64,000 bases of DNA. Origin: Toensbergia leucococca. Lineage: Eukaryota. Both the position numbers and the translations under genes were made by a program. Below are positions 12,061 through 24,683 of this stretch, in pieces (the first letter of the stretch is position 1; each line of letters begins with the position of its first letter). The notes below the pieces were generated by a model. That model worked only from the letters and a program-made list of their open reading frames with translations. It had not been told where the DNA came from and made no database searches. Where the stretch lies: the NCBI GenBank assembly GCA_022813965.1, contig JALDZS010000121.1:1-64000 (forward strand). The letters run 5' to 3'.

Positions 12061-14023
12061 TCATCTCAATTGGTGGACGCCAATCAAGATCTCCACCACG
12101 GCAAGCTCTTGGATCTGCTGAATGGCCTGTTCACTAAATTTGGCTTTGAGCTTTTTGGACTTTTGGGTGAGATCGGCGGGTTGGGCGTTGGCGAGGAACT
12201 ATATAGCGGGGGATTGTAAGTGAATGGGAAATATATGAGGGAGATGAAGAAGGGGTGGGTAAGATTGTGAGTGGGTATATACCTTGGCCTCTTTCCATGA
12301 CTGCAGTGTTTTGCTCAAGCTATGCCGGTCGTTGATGTCCTCTACAAGGTGGTCAAAAAGACGCCATGGTTTTTGCTCCCCCTTTGTACTGCTAGTAGCC
12401 ATGTCATGGTCCTCGGGCTCGCTTTCTATGCTGGCGATGGGGTAAGGAATGCGTCTAGAGCGTTTGGACTTCGTTTGGAGATTGTTGTTGTCTTGTGCAA
12501 CTTGTTGAGCGTTACCCTGTGTCGATTCATTCGATCCTCTTATGGCTTCCGTGCCTGCAAACAACACGTCGTCAGATTTTTGAGCAGTTCTAGTACGCTT
12601 TGGCTGCTCGGCAGTTGGATCCAAAGTGAGTGGTGCATTTCGCTTTTTATTGTCAGCAGGTTCCAGCGTATTTAGATATGCCTGCCCGTCAATTCGACCA
12701 TTTACCTTCGTATCCCCTTCATTTTGGTCATCAATGTTTGCTTGTCCGTTGCTTTGGCTATTGCTCTTTACGTTAGTATTTCCAACGCTATGTTCGTTGG
12801 TCTCTCCAGAAGGGTAGTCTTTTTCTCTTGAGCCATCTGACGTAGCAGGTTCTGCCGCACTCTCGTTACTGAATCGTTGCAACGCCATCGTCTGCGTTTC
12901 TGAAGAGTTTCCGGTTTGACATGGTTGTGGGCCTGGAGTATTTGACCCTCCATACTGATTTATCACCGAGGATTTCCCGTAACCACGTGGACTATGTCGA
13001 GAAACCCACTCAGTCACCAGTAAATATGCCCCTCTGTCAAGTATATAATCGCCGTTCGTGTTTGTCCAAACCTCGGTGCATATTCGACACAGGATACTGT
13101 GAGCTGATGGATCTACCAGCTTTTCGAAGCATTGGACGTGAAAGTAATCTTGGTTGCGATGTTTAGTCATAAACAGCAAAGATTCGACGATGAGGCTTAC
13201 CTGGACTACAACGCCAACCTTCTATTCCCGGTCTCAATGCTATCCTATAATGCCCCGGTTTAATCATCTCCTTACAAGAATGTAACTTGCATGCTGATGC
13301 TCTCGATGACGCTTTCTGCACGATTATTTGCGGATAGTGCTCAAGATGCAAATCGTTCCCTTTCAGGTACGAGGTATAGCGCGGCTCCAGGTGCTTGAGT
13401 ATTTGCTTCGATTGCATATCAACAGTCTTTGAACCTTGGATTTTGGGTGAGAGAGCTTCTAATTTGGCGATCCTAGCATCAACCTCTTTGAACTTATGAT
13501 GGAAGTATTCTGTCTCTTCTTCGCCATTGAGTTTCTTTCCATCCACGACTACAAATCTTCGTCTCTGGTTGAGTACCTGCGAATTGCTGGTGACTCCATT
13601 TGAGACTCCACCGGATGCCCCGTCTGATATTCGATGAGATCTTCCATTTGATGCTCCACTGAATGGTCCACTTGATACTGAGTTTGATGCCTCGTTTGAT
13701 GCTCTACTAGATAGCCCGTTCAGTGGCTCATTCGATGGGCTATTTGATGGCCTGTTTGGTGGCCCGGGTAGTGACCCGTTCGATGGTCCAATTGATGGCC
13801 CATTCGATGCTCCGTTCGATGCTCCATTCGATGCTCCGTTCGATGCTCCATTCGATGCTCCGTTCGATGCTCCATTCGATGCTCCATTCGATGCTCCATT
13901 CGATGGTCTAGTTGACGTTCCGTTGACAGCACCATTTGAAGCCAGCAAAGGACGATTGGCATGCTCCAAGGGACTAGGAACAGAAGGGTTTGAGAGTGAT
14001 CTATCCGATACTAAGGAAGGCAT
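12061..14023 (-). CDS. Protein with PARP-type zinc finger and N-terminal SNGA repeats
   Basis: QKASSRASACKLHSCKEMIKPGHYRIAL...|DYFHVQCFEKL resembles the zf-PARP pattern. Introns at about 13150-13200 and 12200-12282. The last exon ends EILIGVHQLR* at 12061. Confidence 0.7.
13738..13906 (-). repeat. 12-bp coding minisatellite (CCRTTCGATGCT) encoding (SNGA)n, about 8 near-perfect copies plus degenerate copies
   Basis: Seen directly; translates as SNGASNGASNGA... Confidence 0.95.
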
Positions 14024-14835
14024 ATTGAGTTTCAATACCGAGAGAAATTATAGCAAAGCTCGCTGTTTCTCAGAAGTGATGCATGGTGTAAGACGTCACG
14101 GCTAGAATCCAACAAAATTGCCTACCTAGGCCTACCTTACCTGTCAAGGCAGGCGCCGTTCCTGCTTGTTGATACATGTGATTATTCGAGACGGCTGTAG
14201 CTACCTATCTTGAGGAAACACATATGCAAATATGGAATATATTACTGTACCAATAAGTTCTTTACCCCTCATTACAGATCCATGGCTTCAATGGTCACAA
14301 GGATCGAGGGGCTTGCCTCATATAAATCCGGAATTTATCGTAGCAATAACGGCCGGGAAGGCAGTGAAACCTGCGTTTAGGGTAAAGCATACCTTTGACG
14401 TCGAGTCTTGCAACTCATGTTGAAGTTGTTGACTAGCTGGATCAATACTGACATTCAAGTGTATATTGGACATGCACAGCCATTGTGCTTAGGTCTGTTT
14501 CCGGAGAATATCAGATCCTTGGTGAGATTTGAATCTCAAATTTTGAATATTCCAACACAATGGAGGTCGTCATATACTTCATGATATTGTCTGCCCGCGC
14601 TTATATTTGTCGATCAGCACCAAGCCTGATGGGGCTAGACTGAACAATCCCTGGACGCGTGGACTCACTAACAGTCGAGGAACACTGAGGAGTTGACCGA
14701 GGTTCGTGGAGCAATAAGTCATTAAATGCTGGCAAGGTGAAAGAAGACATTGGCTTCATGCTCAATAATGATTCGCCGTCTACGGCCAAGGACCATTCAA
14801 AGTGTCCGCCCAGGGGGTACTCTACAATACCTGAA

Positions 14836-16396
14836 ATGGACATCTGGACTGGCGATATCTTGTTCGATGACTCTCAGCTTTCAATAAGAGGTCCGTTTGA
14901 TTCGGCTTTCCAGTGGGCTGTGTACTGAAGCGAAGTTAGATGTTCACTTGTACCATCCCCACCAGTCTTTTCACCATGTTCTTTCCTCGGATACACACCT
15001 GTCTTTCCTCTCCGTTGTCGACCTTGCTAAAGTGCCACTGTACCTTGTAGCAGGCCCTTCATTAAATGTTTGGTCTGACAATGAGGCAACCGAGGATTGG
15101 TTTGCTACCAATTTGCTCCACGGACAGAACCTCGATCTTCTAGATGATGAATTGCGAACTTACTCGACAGTCTCTAGCATCAATTCACTCTGCCGCCAAC
15201 CAGATCGAGGCCTTCTCGTGAGAGTTGGACCATCGGAAGGCGTCACTTCAGAAACTGTTCCAGGACTTACCGAGTTGCTATTCTACGCCGCAATATCACC
15301 GTCATCAGAAGGACGTGCAGGTCTACCCACGCCTCCACGGTCGTCGTCACCTACTTCAACCGACGACATACCAGCTCCAAAATCTCATGGTACCACCAAG
15401 CAAGCTACTCTCTTTGCTCTTCCCTTGTCCTCCAATCAAACACATCAGACAAATGCTTTCCAAGAACTAAATTCCACTGCTCAAGACAAATCAGCCGATG
15501 GTTTTGCCCAATTTATGCGTGGGAGTTCTGAAGAGACCCAAACGACGCAGATAGAGACCGCCAAGAGTCAGAACCTATCATCCCTGTTCGACGATGCTTC
15601 ACAGAATAGAAAGCGAATGAAGAGACGGGGTGGCGAGGGGATTTCAAAAGCCATGGCAGGAATTGATGGGCAGCACTTGCACCGAGAGTCTTTCAAATGC
15701 CTACAGTCCGAGAAGGACAAAACAACTCCTGTACAGGAGGATGAGCACAGAAAAGCGGGAAGAAAAAGTCTCTCACGAGGGCCCAGCGGAGCAAATCTAG
15801 GAGTCGTTGAACATACAAGACCTCCCAGTAGGCGGGAAACTTTTAGTGGAAAGCGGTCTTCGTTGAATCGTGTTACGAGTGTGGCTTCTTCGATAAATCA
15901 GAACCTTGACGGACCCGAGAACGATGTTACTATAGAGCAGCAAAATAGGAGTGCTTTAACAAAGGTCGTCATGGCTGGAATGCGATTATATGGCTTGCAG
16001 CAAAAGAAGAAGTGCCTCAAAACCCGCGATGTATCCGAAAACCCGATCAGCACCGAAGAGACCCCAGACCCTGCCCAACTCGCTGATATCGAGGATGAAT
16101 ACAAGCTAGTATATCATCAAACATTCAAAGCTGCATCGTTCGCTTTTCGTGCGCACCTCGCTGCGAAGACCATTTCTCAGGTTGCAATGCGAGATGTGGT
16201 AGACAAGTTACTTGCCATGTTTTGCACTGATCCATTCCCAATTGAAGAGATCGAAAACTATACCCTACCAGGGTATAGCACTCAAGATAAGACGTCTGTA
16301 AGGGGATTTGAGACCAGGGCAGAAGGCTCGGAATCAGCATGCGCTAGCACCAGTTGGAGTACGCCCAATGTGAGGAAGCGCTTTCAAACCGAATAA
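14836..16396 (+). CDS. Sld7 C-terminal-domain-like protein (putative replication-initiation factor)
   Basis: Exon 1 MDIWTGDILFD (ATG 14836); intron about 14891-14939. C-terminal ALTKVVMAGMRLYGL...EYKLVYHQTFKAASFAFR...VVDKLLAMFC resembles Sld7_C of filamentous fungi. Confidence 0.7.
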
Positions 16397-18004
16397 AGCG
16401 AGCGCAATACGTTGATGGCGGTAGTGAAAAGTCGAAAGATGAATTGTCCTTGATAAAATGCATATTCATCCTGTCAACATAAAGATAGGAAGTGTTCATG
16501 TCGTATGAAGTACTTGTCTAGATTTACATAGGGGAGAACACGGGAAGAGGAAAAGAAGGAGGCGCGTGATGTGATCAACATAGGTATCAACACGCATACT
16601 CCACATAGGTCACTGATCCTCATCTAACATATCCTAGCACAGACACGAAACTCAACTTTACCTGGGAAGCGGTGAGAGCACGCCTCTCATTTCAGATCAC
16701 AGCTGCAAAATAGGGTCAACTTCCAAAAATTTAGGAGCGTTATAGATACCATCCTGGAGAATATTGCTTGCAAGCTGGTTAAAAGCAATAAAACCTGCTC
16801 AACAACTTCTCACTGACCATGATTTTGCTATCAACCCACCAACATCTTCTTTGTCCGTGCTATTACTCTTGACCGATAGAGATCACTAGTCGGATGCTGC
16901 CTACGCTCTCCGTATAAGGGTAGAATCCGAAGATCAACATTATCTGTATCCTCCCATGGTTGTTGAAGTTTCCCTCAAATCCAGTTACACCGTCATTATC
17001 AGTGAGGCTAGACATTGTGGAGGCCAGCAGAGCGCACAGCATCAACTGGCTTCAGTGTGCTCCGTCGCTTTGTATCATCCGCTCTTATTGAAGAATCAAC
17101 TTTGAAGAAGCAAACTCTCTGTGAGAAAGTGAAGTTGATGAAGGAGTGTTCTTTGCATCTCCAACACTATAGGATTGTATCTCACGGAGTTGAATATGTC
17201 TTCTATCCCTTCACGCCCAAGATTTCCTTGATGGACATGCATTCGGCAACTACATTCTTCGCAGCGAAGCTGAGTCTAATGCCTACCTCTCAAGCAGCCC
17301 CGTCAGACCCATGGAAGTTCGACGTCATCCGGATGATGAGACTGTTCCGAGGCTGCCTTTCATGCTACAGTGGAGCTTCACAGCCATCCGAGTAGCTCAA
17401 TGTCATTCATCGCTAAGGTCTTAAAGTACATGCGCCGGCCGTGAAGGACGATCTAATTCGTTGCTTTGGAAATGATAAGCGTGCGCCAATTCATTGATAG
17501 TTGATCAAGCGGGACTAGATCTGCTAAACTTATATCTGCGGCATAATTGAGGGTGACTTTTTGGGAACAGGAAACAGTATCTTTCAGAATGGGTGCTTTG
17601 CAATGGATGAGTCTTGCTAAACGGATTGTTCATATTAAAAGGAGTGCCTCAGACCTTGGCTTCACTCATATTTTGTTATACAATAAACACATGTTTTAAA
17701 ACACACAATGATATCTGACGTTGTCTCAATTAATTGGTGTATCATCAATCTCAGTACATATCCTGATGGCTGTTCAATCTCATCTCATCATCATGTCTTT
17801 GACAAGAGTCTTCAAGGAGATTGCACATATATGATCAGGGCTTGGGCTATACAAGCCCTAATTATGCCTCATGAGGTATAGCGTACCTGAATATGCCCCG
17901 GTAGCGACCTTTGATTGCTTCGTCATCATCAAGCTCCTCTCTAGGTACGTAGATTGCCTCACCAAATAGGTATCAACAAATTATGTAAACTCTTGTGCGC
18001 CAGA

Positions 18005-19973
18005 ATGCGTTTCCTTTTTTCACTCGGTGTTCTCCTTCTGCATCTTATCTATTCTCAAGCTCAAATATTGTCTACTGCGCATGATGATGTGGCATCTTCA
18101 TTTCCAAGTCTGCTGGATATCACCATCGACGAGCTCACCGAATTTCTCAAAGATGGCTCTATTACTAGTTCACAGCTTGTCCAAGTACAGGTCTTGACCC
18201 CGCTGACAATTCGTCCGACTTCTGATGAGATGGCCAGACCTATCTCGACCGCATTACAGAGGTCAACCCTAAGCTCCGCGCTATAAATGAAATTAACCCA
18301 GATGTTTTGGATATTGCTCAACGATTGGATGCTGAGCGTGCAGCAGGCTTGATTCGAGGGTAGGTAGGAAGCGCTTGTTTCTACGGAGCTAGACGACATT
18401 GACATGACTAGGCCTTTACATGGTATCCCTATATTGATCAAAGACAACATAGCAACAAATGACAAGATGAACAATACCTGTACTTCTCTGACGTCCAAGT
18501 CAAGATCGATAAATTACTGACCCAGCTTCAACTGACTATAGCTGGATCCCTCTGTCTCCTCGGAGCAAAAGTGCCACGCGATTCCTTTGTAGTATCCAAG
18601 CTTAGAGCTGCAGGCGCTATTATTCTAGGAAAAGCGAATCTTTCCGAATGGGCTTATTGCAGGTCAATTAACGGCTCGACAAATGGCTGGTCTGCCTATG
18701 GAGGCCAAGGCACTGGTGCCTATTACCCCAACCAGAACCCATGCGGTAGCTCTAGTGGAAGTGGAGTAGCCGTATCGATTGGTCTTGCTGCTGCTGCTTT
18801 AGGAACTGAAGTATGTCTGCAAGAGTGCAATCAAACAGACCATTGGATTGACAGTACTACTAGACGGCTGGGAGTATCATTTGCCCCAGCGAATTGAATA
18901 ATTTGGTTGGAATCAAGCCAACAGTTGGTCTGACTTCGCGAGATCTCGTCATCCCTATCAGTCCACGACAAGATACCGTAGGTCCAATGGCGAAGACTGT
19001 CACAGATGCTGCCTATGTCCTTTCCGTCATTGCTGGCCAAGATCTCAAGCATGATAACTATACCTCTGCTCAGCCTTTCGCTACTCCTCCAGATTACACA
19101 AAAGCCCTAAATCTTTCCAGCCTACACGGTGCACGAATTGGCATACCTAGAGTAGGAATAATTCCATACCAACATCTGCACGGCCACGACAGCAGTAAGA
19201 AAAATGCCGAGACGGCTTCCGCGGCATTCAACGCCACGATCAAGTTGCTAGAATCCGCTGGCGCCACCGTCGTCGACAACGCAGACATGACTTTCTGCGG
19301 TCACGACCTCCAGGGCTACTTGGAGAAATTAGAGGACAGCCGCAACATTGTCCTCAACATCGACTTTCTCGAAAGTCTCGAAAAGTATCTCTCAAATCTA
19401 ATAGTCAACCCTGCCGAAATCCACAACCTGTTGGACTTAATCGCCTTCACCAAATCCGAGCCCGGCGAAGACTATCCCGCCCGTGATATCGCCATCTGGG
19501 AACATGCCATCTCTCTGAACCTCTCAGCATCCTCCCCCGAAGTCTGGCAAGCCTACCAAGACGGCGTCCATCTCGCCAGCGAATGCGGCATCATCGGCGC
19601 AATGGACACCTACAATCTCGACGCCCTCATCATGCCCTCTACAGGCGCATCCATCATCCCCGCCGTCCTCGGCACCCCCATGGTCACAGTCCCAATGGGC
19701 AGTCTCGGCGCAGATGCAGACGTCGGTAGTTCTCAAAGGGACCTGGTTGATGAGGGGCCGAATATTCCTTTTGGGCTTAGCTTTTTGGGGAGGAAGTGGA
19801 GCGAGGAGAAGCTTATTTCATATGCGTATGCGTATGAGCAGAGGACGCACTTCAGGAGGCAGATCAAGCCTTATCTTGTCCCCAAGGCGGAATTAGGACA
19901 GCGGGGTAAGCAGGGGATTGCATTTGAGTCAGTACAAACTCAGGAATTGCTTGTTGAGGGGCGGGAGTGGTAG
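18005..19973 (+). CDS. Secreted amidase-signature family enzyme (multi-intron)
   Basis: Signal peptide MRFLFSLGVLLLHLIYSQA; PLHGIPILIKDNI (catalytic Lys); GKANLSEWA; PCGSSSGS; LGTE|TAGSIICP; VGIKPTVGLTSR; QDTVGPM. Confidence 0.93.
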
Positions 19974-20408
19974 ATGTTTCAATTCATGATACTTTCTCTC
20001 TTTTTTTCTCTTTTTCCTCCTTCGTTACAATAGTGATAGATGGAGCACTTCTTCTGCCAGGCACAACCCGTGTGTTAGTTCCTTCAAGCTGAAAAATATT
20101 CCCATCCAGTATTAGAGAAACAAACCATAAACCACTGAAGATAGGCTCAAGTTACAATACACAAATCCAGCCAGTATCTTCCCCAATCTATTCAAAAACT
20201 ATAAAATCACAAAATCAACTAAAAATCCACCCTCATCTTTTTCCCCCAAAAGGGCCAAAACCACCCTTCCATCTCGCCATCAACTTTCAAATCCACACCA
20301 CAATATCTTGAACATCCATCGTAACATAAATTCTGACTCCTCACGCCAATAAATACCCATCCCTAACCCCCCTCAGAATTCTCTCTCAATAAAATCTCCC
20401 TTCCGCTT

Positions 20409-20477
20409 ACTGACTATTAACTATTTAAAAGGTAGTTAATAGTTAGTTTGGGCCTTCTTAACTGACTATCTTAACTA
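20409..20477. repeat. Three copies of ACTGACTAT(C)TAACTA: one inverted pair plus one direct copy
   Basis: 20409-20423 ACTGACTATTAACTA; 20433-20447 reverse complement ACTAACTATTAACTA; 20461-20477 ACTGACTATCTTAACTA. Confidence 0.75.
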
Positions 20478-20761
20478 TTAAAAACGTTGCTTCCGCCCTA
20501 CCCTACAACCCCTCATCCCTCATCCCTCACCCAAATTACGCCCCCTCCTCCCACCAATAAAATCCCACTCATCCAAAAAAAAAAAATCCTCTCTTCACTA
20601 ACACCAAAACTCTTATCCACCCCCCCCTCCCCTCCCCTCCCCTCACACCAGCACTTACATACTCATCTCCACCCATCCCCTCAATAATCTCCCAACCACA
20701 ACCCCGTACAAAACCTCTCTATATTTACACAAAAGCCAATCCTCACGCCTCAATCCACCTA

Positions 20762-22059
20762 ATGCCCCACCACCCCCACAATCTCCTCGTCTTCTCCTCC
20801 CTCCTCTCCCTCCAGCCCAGCACATCGCCCTTCACGCTAATTCTAGACACCGTAAACGAGGGTGCGGGGGGGTTGGTGCGGGAGTATTTGAGGCGTGTGA
20901 GGAAGGTTGGTTTTGTTTTCTTGTTTCTGGGGAAGTTGGGGTGGGAGATTGGTTTAGGAGAGGGAGAGGGGAGTGAGGGAGCATGATGAAGAGGGGAGGG
21001 TTTGGCTGTGAGAGGGAGTGAAGGGGATTCAGACCGGGCAGGAGGGAAAAAGTCATGCTATCGTGATCAGGCAGCACTTTTCTTGCTGGGTGGTTGATTG
21101 AGTTTGGGGGGGAGAAAAGGCTCTTATGGAAGTGGGAGGGAGGGATGCTCGTGTTTGATTATTCTACGAGGTCTTCATTTATGTCCCAGGGGGCTACGGA
21201 TACTGACGGCTGGAGTTTTGTACAGGCGTCGACAACGAAGGTAGTGTATATATCATACGAGACGCTCACTCCACCAACGGGCGTGGATGTGACCATCCGG
21301 GCGCGAAGAAAGGGGCCCGAGGAGGTGCGGAGAGAAATTTCGGAGGCAGTGAAAGGATCTTCACGTATGCCCTGAAGACAAAATTGGGTGTCACCACAAA
21401 GCTAACAGACAAATTCAACAGGAACACTACTAATACTCGACACCCTACACCCGCTCCTCCCCACCCTCAACATCTCCGCCTTCCTCTCCTCCCTCCTAAC
21501 CCCCCAAACCTCCCTCCTAGCAATCTACCACCTCGACATCCCCATCTCCCCACAAACATCCTCCCCATACTCCCCCGACGCGCTGACCCTGCTCCGATAT
21601 CTGGCCACAACGATCATGACAGTGCATTCGTTTCCGCAGACGCTGGCGCGGAAGCGAGCGCGGGAGAAGAGTCTTGCCGAGCCTGTCTTTGGGCTGGAGG
21701 AAGGGGAGGGAGTTGTGTGCGGTTTGGGGGCGAATGCTCCCGGGGGATTCGTGCTGGAGATGGAGCATAGGCGGAAGAGTGGGAGGGGGGTTGGGGAGTG
21801 GTTTTTTGTTGGCCGCGGGGAGAAGCCGGTGGTGTTGGGGGAGCATCCGTTGTTTAGTCAAGGGCGTGAGGAGGTGGAGTTTGGAGGGGGAGGGGTGGAG
21901 GCGACGTTTGAGATGGGGGTTACGGAGGCGCAGAGACGGGTGCGTGAGGGGGTTGTGTTGCCGTATTTTGATGCGCAGGGGGGACGTGGAGAGGGGGGGA
22001 GGATTCTGTATGATTTGGGGGTTGAGGATGATTTTGATGAGGAGGAGGATGAGATTTGA
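20762..22059 (+). CDS. ELP5: Elongator complex subunit 5 (Iki1)
   Basis: SPFTLILDT...LVREYL; KVVYISYETL; LIYHLD; LEMEHRRKSGR; C-terminal TFEMGVTEAQRRVREGVVLPYFDAQ...GGRILYDLGVEDDFDEEED typical of Iki1/Elp5. Introns at 20906-21225 and about 21365-21421. Confidence 0.88.
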
Positions 22060-22074
22060 GGAACCAAGGGGGGT

Positions 22075-22574
22075 TTAGGCTTGAGGGGATGGCTTCTTCC
22101 ATTGCCAGCCATCGGTCGTGAAGGTCAGATTATCCATATCGACGCCTTTGATCATCCTCACCTAATCAACACACCATCAGCACTCCATTCGCGCCCCCCC
22201 CTAATAAAAGGAGAAAAAAGCAAACCCACATTCACTCCCACCACATCCGGCGCCCCCTCCATCGACGGCACCCCCTGATACCGAAACCGCGGATCCAGCA
22301 TCACGCTCGACCCGCACACCGGACAAAACAGATGATCGTTCCGCCGCGGCCCGAAGCAATAGACGCGCATCTCGTCCTGGCCGCGCTGCCAGGTGATGTT
22401 GGCGCGGGGGACGTAGATGAGGGCGTAGGCGTTGCGGGCGCAGATGGTGCAGGGGCAGGTGGTTGTGGGCTGGGTGGGTAGAGGAGGGGTGAGGAGGGTG
22501 AAGTGGGCGAGGCCGCAGTGGCAGGTCCCTGTGTGGAGGATTGGGGGTTCTGGTTTTGGGGAGGGGAGGGACAT
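22075..22574 (-). CDS. GFA / CENP-V-like zinc-binding protein
   Basis: HTGTCHCG...CPCTICARN...HLFCPVCGSS...VGVN|VRMIKGVD. Intron at about 22162-22228; stop TAA at 22075. Confidence 0.88.
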
Positions 22575-23221
22575 TTTGGGATGGATTGTTGAGTGCGGTG
22601 AAGGTTTTGAGTTTGGGTTGGGCTTTGCTTGCTTGGGGTTAAAATACGGGGCTTACCTATTCTATTTAGCGTGTGCAAAATCACTGTGATACCTTGGCAT
22701 TGAAATGCAGATATTCTAAAACTTTGTGTTGCTCACTGTTTCATCAGTCACAGCACAAGAATTTAAAACTATGTATCTCAGATTTAGTACTGTATTATGT
22801 GATTTTCATTGCGTTATGTTTTATTCAGATAATTATCACAATTATGAAGTTATTGAGTTTATAAGAATTTAAGATTTAGATTTGTTTCAACTCTACTAAG
22901 TCTACAATCCCTGTAATGATAACATCTTCATAAGGTTTGCATGTCAAGTTGTGCACACGCTGCTTTAGGGTTAGGGGGGCTTATGATAAGCACGGGACAG
23001 TCTTAGTCTTTTTCAAACTTCAACTACAAAACTTAAACTTAGCTAGAGATCCTAACATCAGAATCAACCTTTTACTGAAATCTTTATCTATCATCTCCTC
23101 TCATTTATCATCTTCTCTCTTCATATACTCTTGTATGATATCATCGCCATCAAGCATTCATCCGGCTCGAAGCCTTTCTAACATTCAAAAGAAAGACAAA
23201 TCTTGATACCTTCTGCTTCCT

Positions 23222-24214
23222 ATGCAAACTTCCGTGAACCATAACCCGATGGCACAGTCCAGCTTCCCATTTCTGAAGTTGCCACTAGAGATACGCTATG
23301 AGGTCTATGAACATCTATTGGTGGCTGCAGGCCCGATTGATCTCTCCCCAAGCATCTTCCTCTTGGACACCGCGATTGAGACTTCGGTGGAGGGAGTCTT
23401 TGGACGGTGGTCTGATCCATTATCGCCTCCGCCAGATTTACTCCGTTTCCGCCAGCATAATTGCATTTCAATCTTACGTACCAGCTCCCAGATTTATTCT
23501 GAAGCGGCTCCGGTCTTTTGGCGGCGTAATAAGTTCAAATTCTCATCAACAAATGGTTGGGACACATTGTTACGATTCCTCATAACTGCCGGCCGCAATA
23601 GAAGATACATCAGAGACCTGTCTGTAATATATCCTGGCTTCTCATGGTCCTTATCGAATCACGTCAGAGCCAGTCGGTGGCAGTTCAACCCAAGGCTCCC
23701 TATGATTCAGTCACTACGGTCGAAGGGAGATTTCTGGACCCAACTATGCGAGACCTATGCTTTCGAAGAGAGCTGGAGGATCATCCTTGTGGATAGAACA
23801 CTAGCGCGCTTGCAACTCACGCTCCCTGATGAGCATGGTAGAGATAGGGTTGCAATGTACAATGCATTGGCCCCGATGCTACCTGGTGAGTCGCATTCTC
23901 TATGGGATTCGGTAATGCGCAAATTGAAACATGGAACTGGAACCTTTTTGAAGAAAATCACGGTGGAGGCTCGTCCGTCTGCAATATGGCAAGCAATCTA
24001 TTTCGAGCCTATCGTGAGCAGTTCCCAGACGACAGAATCGCTAGCTGGGCTGAAGGAAGTAGCAGAATTGGAGATACTAGACGGGAACGACGACAAGATC
24101 TGCGTCACTGTCTACAGCAAGGTCAATCAAAGAGAAATTATATTAAAGAAAAGAGGCGTTCTAGAGGTAGTGCATAGCTTCCACCCAAGGGTCAATCCAC
24201 TAAAGGGTCAATGA
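23222..24214 (+). CDS. Hypothetical protein with N-terminal F-box-like motif (FPFLKLPLEIRYEVY)
   Basis: Intronless 330-aa ORF; motifs LPLEIR..VY, ILRTSSQIYSEA..VFW..N.F.F and NRRYIRDL, typical of fungal F-box-like orphan families. Confidence 0.8.
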   Translation: MQTSVNHNPMAQSSFPFLKLPLEIRYEVYEHLLVAAGPIDLSPSIFLLDTAIETSVEGVFGRWSDPLSPPPDLLRFRQHNCISILRTSSQIYSEAAPVFWRRNKFKFSSTNGWDTLLRFLITAGRNRRYIRDLSVIYPGFSWSLSNHVRASRWQFNPRLPMIQSLRSKGDFWTQLCETYAFEESWRIILVDRTLARLQLTLPDEHGRDRVAMYNALAPMLPGESHSLWDSVMRKLKHGTGTFLKKITVEARPSAIWQAIYFEPIVSSSQTTESLAGLKEVAELEILDGNDDKICVTVYSKVNQREIILKKRGVLEVVHSFHPRVNPLKGQ

Positions 24215-24683
24215 CCATCATCATGACATCGACTACCTCTTCGAAGGATAGGTAGGTCTCTCACTTTAAATATGACAGCTTATATCCCTCGAACTACGGG
24301 TTGCCAGCACAATGTGTCAATCAGTGCCCCGCCGAACAAATGTCCCCGAGGTCAGATGATACCATGATTTATGCGCATATCTCACTCTGCATACCGCTTA
24401 GCGTGTACCAGATATCTATGGACGCTCTCCGAGAAAAGCCGTTGGGTAGCATTCTCAGGCAACGTCAATGTTATGGAAGAGTCTGCTGGTCCCTTTCGGG
24501 TTCCACATATCTTGCCCTGAATATTGGGATGGCTTAAAGATTTTGCTAACTCGGGCAGCTGTTTAGTCTGACGTACAAGTCTATTGCTCAAAAATCCAGA
24601 TGATTTCTACCTATTAACAGGCAAGTTCTGGAACAAGCCGATGTGGTATTATACATGAGCACATGAAGCCGATCCATCAATCA

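Noticed and set aside
11128..12219. Several Pro/His/Thr/Lys-rich ORFs on both strands
   Set aside because: By-products of the C/A-skewed, stop-poor spacer; no domain-like sequence.
16650..16740. U1 snRNA-like words (CTTTACCTGG, GATCAC)
   Set aside because: The 5' end does not match ATACTTACCTG, and there is no ATTGCAC loop or convincing Sm site.
16860..17395. 126-aa ORF and neighbouring fragments between the Sld7-like gene and the amidase
   Set aside because: No ATG start, splice model or recognisable motif; at most a decayed gene.
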